From an uncultured Desulfobacteraceae bacterium (GTDB lineage: Bacteria; Desulfobacterota; DSM-4660; Desulfatiglandales; B25-G16): a DNA stretch of 64,000 bases. A program made the position numbers and the translations under genes. Below the pieces are notes generated by a model. The model had not been told where the DNA came from, ran no database searches, and worked only from the letters and a program-made list of their open reading frames with translations. The stretch covers positions 6,219 to 70,218 of the forward strand of contig CAZSWT010000003.1 of NCBI GenBank assembly GCA_964611035.1, in the 5' to 3' direction. This document shows, one piece after another, positions 1-8,269 of this stretch; the first letter of the stretch is position 1; every line of letters starts with the position of its first letter.

Positions 1-8
1 ATTCCCAT

Positions 9-200
9 GTTAAACAAAAGCACAAAGGCATTCCACCCCAGTTGAATCCCCTTTGGGGTGCTCTTGGTGGAGCAATTCACCCCGGTGAAATACGCTGCGC
101 CAAGTTAAATACGCTTCGCTCAGACTTTGTCTATTTCACCCGGCAAGCTGTTGCTATTGCAAATTTCACAGGGCACAGCGGGGTAAAGATTGCGGATTGA
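9..200. repeat. dispersed intergenic repeat, family A, copy 1 (at window edge)
   Basis: 9-32 gttaaacaaaagcacaaaggcatt matches 62492-62515 at 22/24. 34-80 caccccagttgaatcccc..ggagcaattca matches 1845-1891 with about 5 mismatches. 182-191 ggtaaagatt is identical to 62532-62541. Confidence 0.7.
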
Positions 201-280
201 AAAACTACAAAGACAGGAAACGATGGATTGGCCAATTCTTTCGATGGTATTTCATTGAGCCAACTGCTTTGCTTCCTCAA

Positions 281-634
281 TTACCTTAAAAATTGAAGGT
301 TCCTCAGCAAAACCACTTTATTCGGAAGGTGTTTGTGATGGGGAAAACTCTTAACCCCTGGAAAATGCGGAGTATTGTCGTAGCGAAAGACAAGATTGTT
401 TTATCTATCCTGGAGGTGATAGCGATAGCCAAGATGCCCGATTTGGCTTGTTTGAACAATAGCCGCATCATTCAATTCCAACAGATATCCGCTCGGAAAA
501 TGAACTCGAATACGCAAGTTCACACGATTAGTTGCCAGAATCTCCTCTTCGTAATGCTCGACATAGACGCCTTCTAACTTGCGAATCGCAGCCTCAACAT
601 TTTTAAGGTATTTAGCCAGTAAATTAAGCAACAT
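281..634 (-). pseudogene. TumE/DUF6516-like TA component interrupted by an in-frame TAA
   Basis: The 77-aa ORF 401..634 ends ..YRYHLQDR at TAA (401-403). The same frame continues NNLVFRYDNTPHFPGVKSFPHHKHLPNKVV to TAA at 281-283. The YRYH..FRYDNxPH..FPHHKH pattern is what I recall for DUF6516/TumE. Its ATG overlaps the stop of the upstream small ORF (ATGTTGCTTAA). Confidence 0.5.
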
Positions 635-854
635 GTTGCAGGTGTCTTTCTATTTCAAGCCTGATAGCCATATAATGCTGATAGTCGTTCGCCCATTCGG
701 TACAATCAACAGAGTCTTCCATTTTTCCCTTGCGAAATTTATCGAAAAATGCCTCCGACTCCATACGGTATCGATCTTCATAGACACTGAGACGCTTAGC
801 AACAGCTACAAGTGCGTCTACAGTTTAATCATACTCAATTCTTTGTTTGCGCAT
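624..854 (-). pseudogene. small antitoxin-like partner ORF with an in-frame TAA after codon 9
   Basis: ATG at 854 reads MRKQRIEYD, then TAA (825-827), then in the same frame TVDALVAVAKRLSVYEDRYRMESEAFFDKFRKGKMEDSVDCTEWANDYQHYMAIRLEIERHLQHVA to a stop at 624-626. It is translationally coupled to the downstream TumE-like ORF. Family assignment is by context only. Confidence 0.35.
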
Positions 855-947
855 ATTTCCTCCGAAAGATAATGAACACCATTAGCATAGTATCTTCATT
901 CCTCATCTTGGTCAAATAATAAATGTCTTTGGCTTGGACATGCCTTT

Positions 948-1343
948 TTAATAGGTATTCAGACCGACGACAGCAGCCATAGCATTAAAGTCATTATCGT
1001 TATGGAGGAGGAATAAATTATGCTCTAAAGCAGTCTGAGCGATAAGGCAATCGATGGTACTGCGAATTGTAATGCCCTTTTTTTGGCAATCAAAATAGAT
1101 TCGGGCAGCCTTGGCAAATGAATCAACTGGATCATTGAGATGATAAAAGCGTTGAGTCTCCAGATATTTTTTTAACGTTCTATATTCCTTGTCTGATTTG
1201 GCCCCTTGAAGAACTTCCTGAAATATGAATGAGTTTATCCCAAACGGTATGCCTTGGTTTAAAATCAGTTCGAATTTCTGGCATGAATTGTTTTTCTGCC
1301 CCTTAAAAAAGTCGATCAAGACAGACGTATCAACCAGAATCAT
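948..1343 (-). CDS. vapC: PIN-domain toxin VapC
   Basis: 131 aa. N-terminal MILVDTSVLIDFF has the acidic PIN motif, with later conserved Asp residues. It overlaps the upstream antitoxin by 4 nt. Confidence 0.85.
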   Translation of the reverse strand: MILVDTSVLIDFFKGQKNNSCQKFELILNQGIPFGINSFIFQEVLQGAKSDKEYRTLKKYLETQRFYHLNDPVDSFAKAARIYFDCQKKGITIRSTIDCLIAQTALEHNLFLLHNDNDFNAMAAVVGLNTY

Positions 1344-1546
1344 TGCCTTTTACCCTCGCGCAGGGATTTATAGTCATATCCTTCGGCAAACTCGATCTTT
1401 CCTGCCAGATCGAGGAGGTTACGACGGCGACGGTTTTTAACAAACTCCTCTAACGCCTGATGAATAAGCTCTTTCTTGGTCTTTGCCCCGCTATACTTTA
1501 ATGCCTCTTTAACCAAACTGTCTTCAAGAACGATATTTGTTCGCAT
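1340..1546 (-). CDS. vapB: VapB-family antitoxin
   Basis: 68 aa. MRTNIVLEDSLVKEALKYSG.. is typical of small VapB/DUF2191-type antitoxins. 4-nt overlap with vapC. Confidence 0.7.
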   Translation of the reverse strand: MRTNIVLEDSLVKEALKYSGAKTKKELIHQALEEFVKNRRRRNLLDLAGKIEFAEGYDYKSLREGKRQ

Positions 1547-1619
1547 TTTGACACCTCCTTATACACAAAATTATACACATCTTGTCTCCTTTGTCAATGG
1601 AGAGAAAAATATATAGGCT

Positions 1620-1990
1620 TTGCCCCAGGGAAATAAGCCCCAGTTAAACCCCGATGAAATACGTCCCAGTTAAACCCCGATGAAACAAAAGAAAAAAAGG
1701 TTTCATGGGGCAGGCAGAAAAGACAGATAGGTTTCACCCCGATGAAATAGGCTCCGCATTTCATTGGGCAGGCGGGGTAAGCTTTGCTTTGACCCCGAGT
1801 GGCGGGATCTACGCCCCAGTTAAAAAGAAAAAACAGATAGGTTTCACCCCAGTTGAATCCCCATTGGGGTGCTCCTGAGGGAGCAATTCAACGGGCACCG
1901 CAAGGCGGCATCTTCGACGGGCGGGGTAAACTTCGCTTCGACACACGGGGCAAATAGGGCATGCACTGTTCGGCTCTTTGATTTGTGGGG
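1620..1990. repeat. dispersed intergenic repeat, family A, composite copy 2
   Basis: Tandem cccagttaaaccccgatgaaa units at 1638-1664 and 1665-1686. agaaaagacagataggtttcacccc (about 1716-1740) recurs at about 1826-1850. 1845-1891 matches 34-80. Confidence 0.7.
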
Positions 1991-1995
1991 CTAAT

Positions 1996-2763
1996 CTATA
2001 CACAAGCACGAGCTTGTTTTGCATGGAAGGGTTCGAGAATTTCGAGAACTTCCCCTGAAAGAATAGAGGCAGGCAAATCATTAACCATACTGTATGCCTC
2101 CTCATAGCTTCCAAGAATTTCTGCTGCGGCATAAACCGCATGTGATAGTATCGGCGGACGCCTATCTGCGGAGTGGGCATCGCTGGCAATCACATGGACC
2201 AGCCGGTATCGTAGCAGGCTCTCAGCGCACTGCATGACCACCCCTCCAAAATTTCCTGTAATGCTCATGGCAGTCACCTGAATCAGTGCTCCCATCGAAA
2301 CGAGATCATGCAGGAAATCCAAATTGTGCTGTATAACGGTATTTCGTTCAGAATGGGTGATAATGGGCGTAATGCCATTCAACTTTAGCCAAAAGACTTC
2401 ATCTCTTAGTGCTTCAGGGATCACTTGTGTAGGAAATTCCAGCAATAGATATTTTCTTCGATTATCAATAGTACACGCATCACCACTTTCAATCCGTTCC
2501 AGTAACCGGGGACACAGATGTACATTAGCGCCTGCATATACCTTGAGCTCAATGTGATTTTCTAATAGGACGTTTTGGAGGGTGGCCACCTTTGAAATGA
2601 CTTCCTCGACACGGTTTAGGTATATGCCATTCAGGGTGTGAGGTGTGGCCACAACGGAGTGGATCCCGTCGCTGACAGCTGCCCGTGCCATGGAAAGGCT
2701 CTCTTCCAGGGACTGGGGTCCATCATCCACCCCATGGAGAATATGGCAATGAAGGTCGATCAA
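1996..2763 (-). CDS. CpsB/CapC-type PHP-family protein-tyrosine phosphatase
   Basis: 255 aa. N-terminal MIDLHCHILHGVDDGP and later ATPH, HSER, ASDAHS metal-binding motifs. Adjacent to the wzc-like kinase. Confidence 0.8.
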   Translation of the reverse strand: MIDLHCHILHGVDDGPQSLEESLSMARAAVSDGIHSVVATPHTLNGIYLNRVEEVISKVATLQNVLLENHIELKVYAGANVHLCPRLLERIESGDACTIDNRRKYLLLEFPTQVIPEALRDEVFWLKLNGITPIITHSERNTVIQHNLDFLHDLVSMGALIQVTAMSITGNFGGVVMQCAESLLRYRLVHVIASDAHSADRRPPILSHAVYAAAEILGSYEEAYSMVNDLPASILSGEVLEILEPFHAKQARACV

Positions 2764-3019
2764 TGATACGTTCCTTTACACGGTTGAAGATTTGAGGAGC
2801 ACTTTGATTTAGGTTAGAGGCAAAAGAGGTTTGATTTCCACTTGCCTTGTTGCCTCCTTAATACAAATCTTAATGATAATGAGCACTCCTCAAATCATTA
2901 CCTTCAGTGGAACATTGACGGAAACCCGGGCGAAAAGCAGGGATAGTGCACAAAAAAATGACAATGAGTGTACGCTTATAGTTGAGCATGGGTATGATAT
3001 AGAATGTGTGACTATAGTG

Positions 3020-5467
3020 TTAAGTATGCAAATGTTTCTTTTTTAGGCGCTTTTTTCTGAGATGTTTTTTCTTTTTTCCAACGCCCTGGTCTTGATCATC
3101 GTAGCTGTAATAGTACTGATAGTAATATCGGTAGTAATATCCATCTCTTTGAATGTTTATGTTATTCAGGGTTAGACCAAGTATCTTCTCGTCAGGAACC
3201 ATCTCCAGTGCCTGTTTGAGTGCATTTTTTTCGGTTTTTTCGGACTGGACAACAAAAATTATACCATCAAGTTTATTTGTCAACACAACTGAGTCACTCA
3301 CTGACAGGACTGGAGATCCGTCAAAGAGGATGTAGTCATATTTTTTTGATATTAGATCGATTATATGCTTCATTTTCTGTGAACCGAGCAGTTCATTGGG
3401 ATTGTGCGGTATATCGCCGGCATAGATTACATCTATCCCCTGTTCCGGAAGTGTTCTGATAACACCGTCTACAGCATTTTCAACATCTTTCGCCATAATG
3501 AGATTTGAAAGCCCCGGTGTTCGTTTCTGGTTGAATACCCTGTGAAGGCGGGGACGTCGCATGTCAGCGTCTACAAGGAGCACCTTTTTTTCCGCCTGCG
3601 CAATGGAAACGGCCAGATTGGCCACAAAGAATGTCTTTCCTTCCCCGGGCAGGGCACTGGTTACGCCTATTATTTTTTTTGGTGTATCAACGGAGGCAAA
3701 AAACATGTTCGTTCTAATGGTCCTGAATGCCTCGGATATGTTGGCCTTCGGCATTGTATGCGTGATAACCTCTCCACCGTTCTTGCCTGCCTGTGTATCA
3801 AATTTTGCTATAGAACCCAGAAGAGGGCGTTCCGTAACCTGTTTCAAGTCATCAGGGCTCTTGACGGTATTATCAAGGTATTCCAGAAAAAAGGCTAACC
3901 CGATTCCCATACCCAGACCGACAATAAGGGCAAGCATGATATTCCTTTTTGGTGTGGGTTTGGTTCTTTTGCCCGGTGTTGCTGAATCGACTACCCAGAC
4001 ATTCCCGATTTCGCTTGCCTTCATTATTTCAAACTCCTGCTTCTTCTCGAGAAGAGAGGAATAGGCGCTCTGTTGAACACCGGTCTCTCTGGTAAGCTCA
4101 GCCAACCTCTTTTCGGCATCAGGGAGATCTTTGATTCGTTTTTCATAGTAGCTGATGTTATCCCTGATAGATTTTTCCCTTACTTTGAGGGATTGGATAA
4201 CGGACGAGATTTCAGCCTTTACCTCTCTTTTTGTCTCCTCAATCTGTTCAAGAGTCTCCACAACAAGAGGATGTTTCTTTTTGTAGTTGATTTTCAGGGT
4301 AATCATGCGCGACTGGAGATTTGACAGACTTCCGGCAAGCTCATTCAACCTCGGATTTTCTATGCCGGTGACAAATGCAACAAACCCTTTACTCAGTATA
4401 TCACCGTTTTTTACAATATTTTCTGCGACAAGCTCCGCCTGCTTTCTGAGGCCTTCAGTCTTTTTAAGCTCTGTGTCAAAATTCATAAGCTGTTGTAATG
4501 TTGCAGTTGCAGCCTCACTCAAAGAAACCAACTGTTCCTTTTCCTTAAACGACATCAGCCTGTCCTCGGAAAACTTGAGACTTTTTTCCAGTATCATGAT
4601 CTGTTTATCAATAAACACAAGGGCCCTGGCGGCATTTTCCGTATCTTTCGAAATAATGAGGTCCTTGTATTCCGAGACAATGGCGTTGACTTTTGCTGTA
4701 GCCACAGATGGGTGTAGATCGGTGGCTGATATGGTAATCAGGTCGGTATTTCTGATGGGCGAGATATCCAGACTCCCTTGCAGGATAGCAAGGGCGGAAC
4801 CAGGGGCAAGGATGTGAAATTTTATTTGCCTGCCCTTCCGGGCGGAATCACCCTCAACCAGGATGGAGAAGTTCGGCCCGAAGAAGGGTGTATTCAATGT
4901 TCCTTTTCCTATGAGAACTTCATTCGTATCCTCCATGATTTTATATGAATCGAAACCGTCAAACGTAAGGATATAACTGTTCCCCTGGACAACCGGCCAG
5001 ATGCTCAGTAGTTTGATAGAAACCGGGTTACTCAGTTTTTTATTCGCAAGGCTTTCTTTGGAAGAGAAGAAATCCTTCACCCTTGTTTGTAACCGATTGA
5101 TAAGAATGCCGGCCATCCTGTGCTCCGGCTTTACCTGGAACTGGTAGTTGATTGCTTGTGCTGCTTTTCCAGAGACGGTGCGGCTTTTTAGAATCTCCAC
5201 CTGGGTCTGGATCATGGTCATAGGCAAGCTCCCCCCGGCAAAAAAACTCTCTTCAAGAAGAGACTTTAAATTGCTTGAGCTCCCCCCTTTTTTACAGATC
5301 TGGATAACCGATTGTGAACGGTAGACAGGCGCGCTCCTGAGAGTTTTTACTATAACAGTTAGCAACACCACACCTGCAACGATACTGATCAGCCACCTTC
5401 TCCTGAGTATAACACTCAGGTAACTGCGAAAATCGACTTGTTTCTCACTATATTTTGTATCGTTCAT
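3020..5467 (-). CDS. wzc: polysaccharide co-polymerase / BY-kinase (Wzc/EpsG-like tyrosine autokinase)
   Basis: 815 aa. N-terminal TM segment and a long coiled periplasmic region. Walker A SALPGEGKT, Walker A-prime LLVDADMRRP, Walker B ILFDGSP. C-terminal Tyr cluster YYYRYYYQYYYSY followed by a Lys-rich tail. Confidence 0.9.
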   Translation of the reverse strand: MNDTKYSEKQVDFRSYLSVILRRRWLISIVAGVVLLTVIVKTLRSAPVYRSQSVIQICKKGGSSSNLKSLLEESFFAGGSLPMTMIQTQVEILKSRTVSGKAAQAINYQFQVKPEHRMAGILINRLQTRVKDFFSSKESLANKKLSNPVSIKLLSIWPVVQGNSYILTFDGFDSYKIMEDTNEVLIGKGTLNTPFFGPNFSILVEGDSARKGRQIKFHILAPGSALAILQGSLDISPIRNTDLITISATDLHPSVATAKVNAIVSEYKDLIISKDTENAARALVFIDKQIMILEKSLKFSEDRLMSFKEKEQLVSLSEAATATLQQLMNFDTELKKTEGLRKQAELVAENIVKNGDILSKGFVAFVTGIENPRLNELAGSLSNLQSRMITLKINYKKKHPLVVETLEQIEETKREVKAEISSVIQSLKVREKSIRDNISYYEKRIKDLPDAEKRLAELTRETGVQQSAYSSLLEKKQEFEIMKASEIGNVWVVDSATPGKRTKPTPKRNIMLALIVGLGMGIGLAFFLEYLDNTVKSPDDLKQVTERPLLGSIAKFDTQAGKNGGEVITHTMPKANISEAFRTIRTNMFFASVDTPKKIIGVTSALPGEGKTFFVANLAVSIAQAEKKVLLVDADMRRPRLHRVFNQKRTPGLSNLIMAKDVENAVDGVIRTLPEQGIDVIYAGDIPHNPNELLGSQKMKHIIDLISKKYDYILFDGSPVLSVSDSVVLTNKLDGIIFVVQSEKTEKNALKQALEMVPDEKILGLTLNNINIQRDGYYYRYYYQYYYSYDDQDQGVGKKKKHLRKKRLKKKHLHT

Positions 5468-5492
5468 ATGATAATAGCCCCGCGGGTAACGT

Positions 5493-6902
5493 TTACGGTT
5501 TCCACCTTTCGTTAAGAATGCTCTGTATGACCTTTGTTGTTGTTATGGTCGGGAGAATCTTGCTTAAGAAAACATTCCAGTTTGCGATGGCAGTCCTTGC
5601 AACATAGACGGTATCACCCTTTTCAAGATAGAATCTTTCCAAGCTTTTTCCCTTCATCATTTCGAGAACATTTACGGCGTACACATCAGGTTTCCGTAGA
5701 TCCCCCCGAACCACAACAACCTGAGACCGGTTGGCACTTGTCTGAAATCCCCCGGAGGAGCTTATCGCCTCCATTAGATCCATCGGATCGGTAAAATACC
5801 TGACCCCCGGCGCATTCACCTCACCAATCACAAAAACCTTGTTTTCATTGATGTTCGGTATGTAGATAACATCGCCGTTGTTCAGGAGTATATTCTGACT
5901 CATGTTGCCATAGTCGAGAAGCCTCTTGAAGTTTATCGGAAGTATGTCATTATCTCTAGCCAGATACGCCATATAAAGGTTTGCGGTTGTTGAGTTGATG
6001 CCGCCTGCCAGCGACAGTGCATCAAGAATAGTCGAATTTCTGTTTGTCTTATACCTTCCCGGTTTTGTAACCTCACCAAGAAGAATAATCTCTTTGAGGG
6101 GTTCCGATATTACCAGGGTATCGTGCGGATGGAGTATTACATTCTGGCTCGTATCGCCATCCTCAAGGAGGACCTTCAGATTTACAGGAATGATAGTATC
6201 GCTTCGAATAATATACGATTCCTCAAGGTCGGCATTTGGCTTTATCGATACTACAGACAGGATCGATAGAAGGGTACGGTCACCCCTGAGGGTATATGTC
6301 ATCGTGGCAGGCCCTATATACGTTTCAGGTTTTCCGACAGCTCCAACTACCGACACCTGCAGGCTGTTGGGCACTTTACACGTTATCGTAATCTGAGGAT
6401 CTTTTATGTACTCATCGTACTTTTTTTCTATAATAGCCTTGAATTCCGGGATTTCCAACCCTGCTGCATAGATATCTCCTATCAATGGAAGTGATACATT
6501 GCCATCCGACCGAACAGGAACATCTCTGGAAAGATCAACATGTTTCCATATGTAGATGTTGAGAATATCATCGATGCCGATCGTATATTTTATCTCTATC
6601 TTCCCGTTTTTCGGCAGATCTTCCGGTAAGACAATCTCCTTCCCCTTGAATTTAGCCCGAAGATATCCCTCTTTGGTCAGCACTCGCTTTTGCAATTCAA
6701 TGAGCCTGCGCGCTCCCTTCTTCGAAGGAGGGGTGGAAATCGGCTGTGCGAAGGATGGAAGTCTGGATTCCCGAAGCGCCTTCCGGGCAGCGGGTTCTGC
6801 TTTTTTAGCCTGCGGCGAGATATCCCTTATTACCGGATGGGCACATGCAAAGATAATGCCCATAGAAATACACGCACACATAAGGCAAAAATACTTTTTC
6901 AT
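5493..6902 (-). CDS. wza: polysaccharide export protein (Wza-like, Poly_export plus SLBB repeats)
   Basis: The track ORF runs to 6968. The probable start is 6902 (MKKYFCLMCACISMGIIFAC, a lipoprotein-like signal), which removes the overlap with the upstream gene. Repeated SLBB-like G-x-V-x-x-PG segments. Confidence 0.85.
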   Translation of the reverse strand: MKKYFCLMCACISMGIIFACAHPVIRDISPQAKKAEPAARKALRESRLPSFAQPISTPPSKKGARRLIELQKRVLTKEGYLRAKFKGKEIVLPEDLPKNGKIEIKYTIGIDDILNIYIWKHVDLSRDVPVRSDGNVSLPLIGDIYAAGLEIPEFKAIIEKKYDEYIKDPQITITCKVPNSLQVSVVGAVGKPETYIGPATMTYTLRGDRTLLSILSVVSIKPNADLEESYIIRSDTIIPVNLKVLLEDGDTSQNVILHPHDTLVISEPLKEIILLGEVTKPGRYKTNRNSTILDALSLAGGINSTTANLYMAYLARDNDILPINFKRLLDYGNMSQNILLNNGDVIYIPNINENKVFVIGEVNAPGVRYFTDPMDLMEAISSSGGFQTSANRSQVVVVRGDLRKPDVYAVNVLEMMKGKSLERFYLEKGDTVYVARTAIANWNVFLSKILPTITTTKVIQSILNERWKP

Positions 6903-6928
6903 CGTGATGACGTATAGCTCCTTTGTTG

Positions 6929-7777
6929 TTAGTTGTGGGAATTTGTAGGTGATAGTTTGCCGCGCCATTCATTAATCGGGCTCGTTCGCAAGACTTTTGA
7001 TATAAATACGTGCATCTTCCCGCTGGATTTTTTCCTTAGTGGTATGGGAAATTCCACCTCGATATCCTCTCCATTCAATATTTTTTCAGGGATTGTCTCT
7101 ATCATGTCCATGGCAGCTTTTTCACCAACGACCTCCTTTAGCCTTTTTAGTCCTTTTGAAAGGGTAGGGCGTCTTTGTTTGCTCGAGTGTGCATCTGTTG
7201 CCAGCATGTGCGCCAGTTTATGTTCAAGAAGAAGGGCGGAAAATTTTTCAATTCTGCTCCCCACACGCCCGGTAAGGCTGGATGCTGTCAGTTGGGCCAA
7301 TGCCCCCAATTGCACTAATTGATAGAGAATTTCCGGATCATTCTGTATGGCGTGATTTCTTTCCGGATGACAGACGATAGGGATAATACCGGAAAAAATG
7401 AGGGATGAAATAATTTCTTCTATGTTTGTTGGAAGGGCTTCATTGGGTAATTCCAGGATAATGTACCGCCCGGAATCATTCATTGTCAGAAGTTTACCCG
7501 TTTTTATATCTTCAACCAGGTTGGGGTCAAGACGTATCTCACAACCCGGGTACAAGATGAGGGGAATATGTTTGCTGTTTATGGATGCCTGTAATTCGGC
7601 TACACAGCTTAGGATCTTTTCACGGGTATTAGCATATTTCCCAACCACATGATGGGGTGTGCAGACCAGCTTTGATATGCCATCATTGGCCGCTATCCTG
7701 CACATTTCAATAGATTCATCCAGTAATTCAGGTCCGTCATCAATGCCTGGAAGAATGTGGCAGTGAAGGTCAATCAT
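6929..7777 (-). CDS. second CpsB/CapC-type PHP-family protein-tyrosine phosphatase
   Basis: 282 aa. MIDLHCHILPGIDDGP, CTPH, CHPER and ATDAHS motifs. Paralog of 1996..2763. Confidence 0.8.
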   Translation of the reverse strand: MIDLHCHILPGIDDGPELLDESIEMCRIAANDGISKLVCTPHHVVGKYANTREKILSCVAELQASINSKHIPLILYPGCEIRLDPNLVEDIKTGKLLTMNDSGRYIILELPNEALPTNIEEIISSLIFSGIIPIVCHPERNHAIQNDPEILYQLVQLGALAQLTASSLTGRVGSRIEKFSALLLEHKLAHMLATDAHSSKQRRPTLSKGLKRLKEVVGEKAAMDMIETIPEKILNGEDIEVEFPIPLRKKSSGKMHVFISKVLRTSPINEWRGKLSPTNSHN

Positions 7778-7888
7778 TTTCCGTCCCCGAAGGACTCTTA
7801 GTGCATAAGTACATTAATATTCCGACTAATAGTGTTGTTCTCATAAAAACTCATTTTATTCGCTCATGATGCCCATTTTGGGATTCAT

Positions 7889-8188
7889 GAAATGCTTCGC
7901 TAAATTCCAAAAACTCGGTCTAAGGACCTGAAAAGGAGCATGTGTATGTCTTTTTTTGTCAAATGGCCAAAACAAGGGCCCGTTCAGGGGCCTTTCAAAA
8001 AGGTGCACGTGTACGGAGCAATAGAAGACAGGGGCATGTTGCTTTGCACCATTTTGAAACGGCCCACTACTGTGAATTTATAGGGCATTACAAAAAAAGA
8101 CATACATATGCTCCTTAAACCCGCCCGGCATCGCGAGGCCTCAGCCGAGGCGGACGGGCAGTTTGGAATTTTTAACGCTCAGCATTTT
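7889..8188. repeat. about 300-bp imperfect palindrome (MITE-like or large hairpin element)
   Basis: Core arms 7933-7959 and 8090-8116 are reverse complements at 26/27. Outer arms (7889-7915 vs 8159-8188) and inner arms (7987-8007 vs 8045-8065) also pair. The right arm carries an extra GC-rich hairpin at 8117-8160. Confidence 0.6.
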
Positions 8189-8269
8189 ATAAATCTTTTT
8201 CCAAAAGTGGCCAAAATCGCTCATAAAACGCTTTTTACGAATTTGTCAATAGTGAGATTACGAAATTTT

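Noticed and set aside
1638-1690. CRISPR-like array (also considered for 62555-62608).
   Set aside because: There are only two directly abutting units with no spacers, and no cas genes in the window.
1-1990. Chromosomal integron cassette array, with TA cassettes separated by attC-like sites containing GTTRRRY cores such as gttaaac and gttgaat.
   Set aside because: No repeat lies between the two TA modules (872-947). No intI or attI is in the window. A copy of the same repeat sits inside the housekeeping infB-rbfA operon, so it behaves as a general dispersed repeat.
3153-6948. Many + strand ORFs (60-176 aa) inside the wzc/wza region, e.g. 3561..4064, 4287..4817, 5995..6396, 6556..6948.
   Set aside because: They lie antisense to long ORFs with clear Wzc/Wza motifs, have no recognisable motifs of their own, and are typical shadow ORFs.
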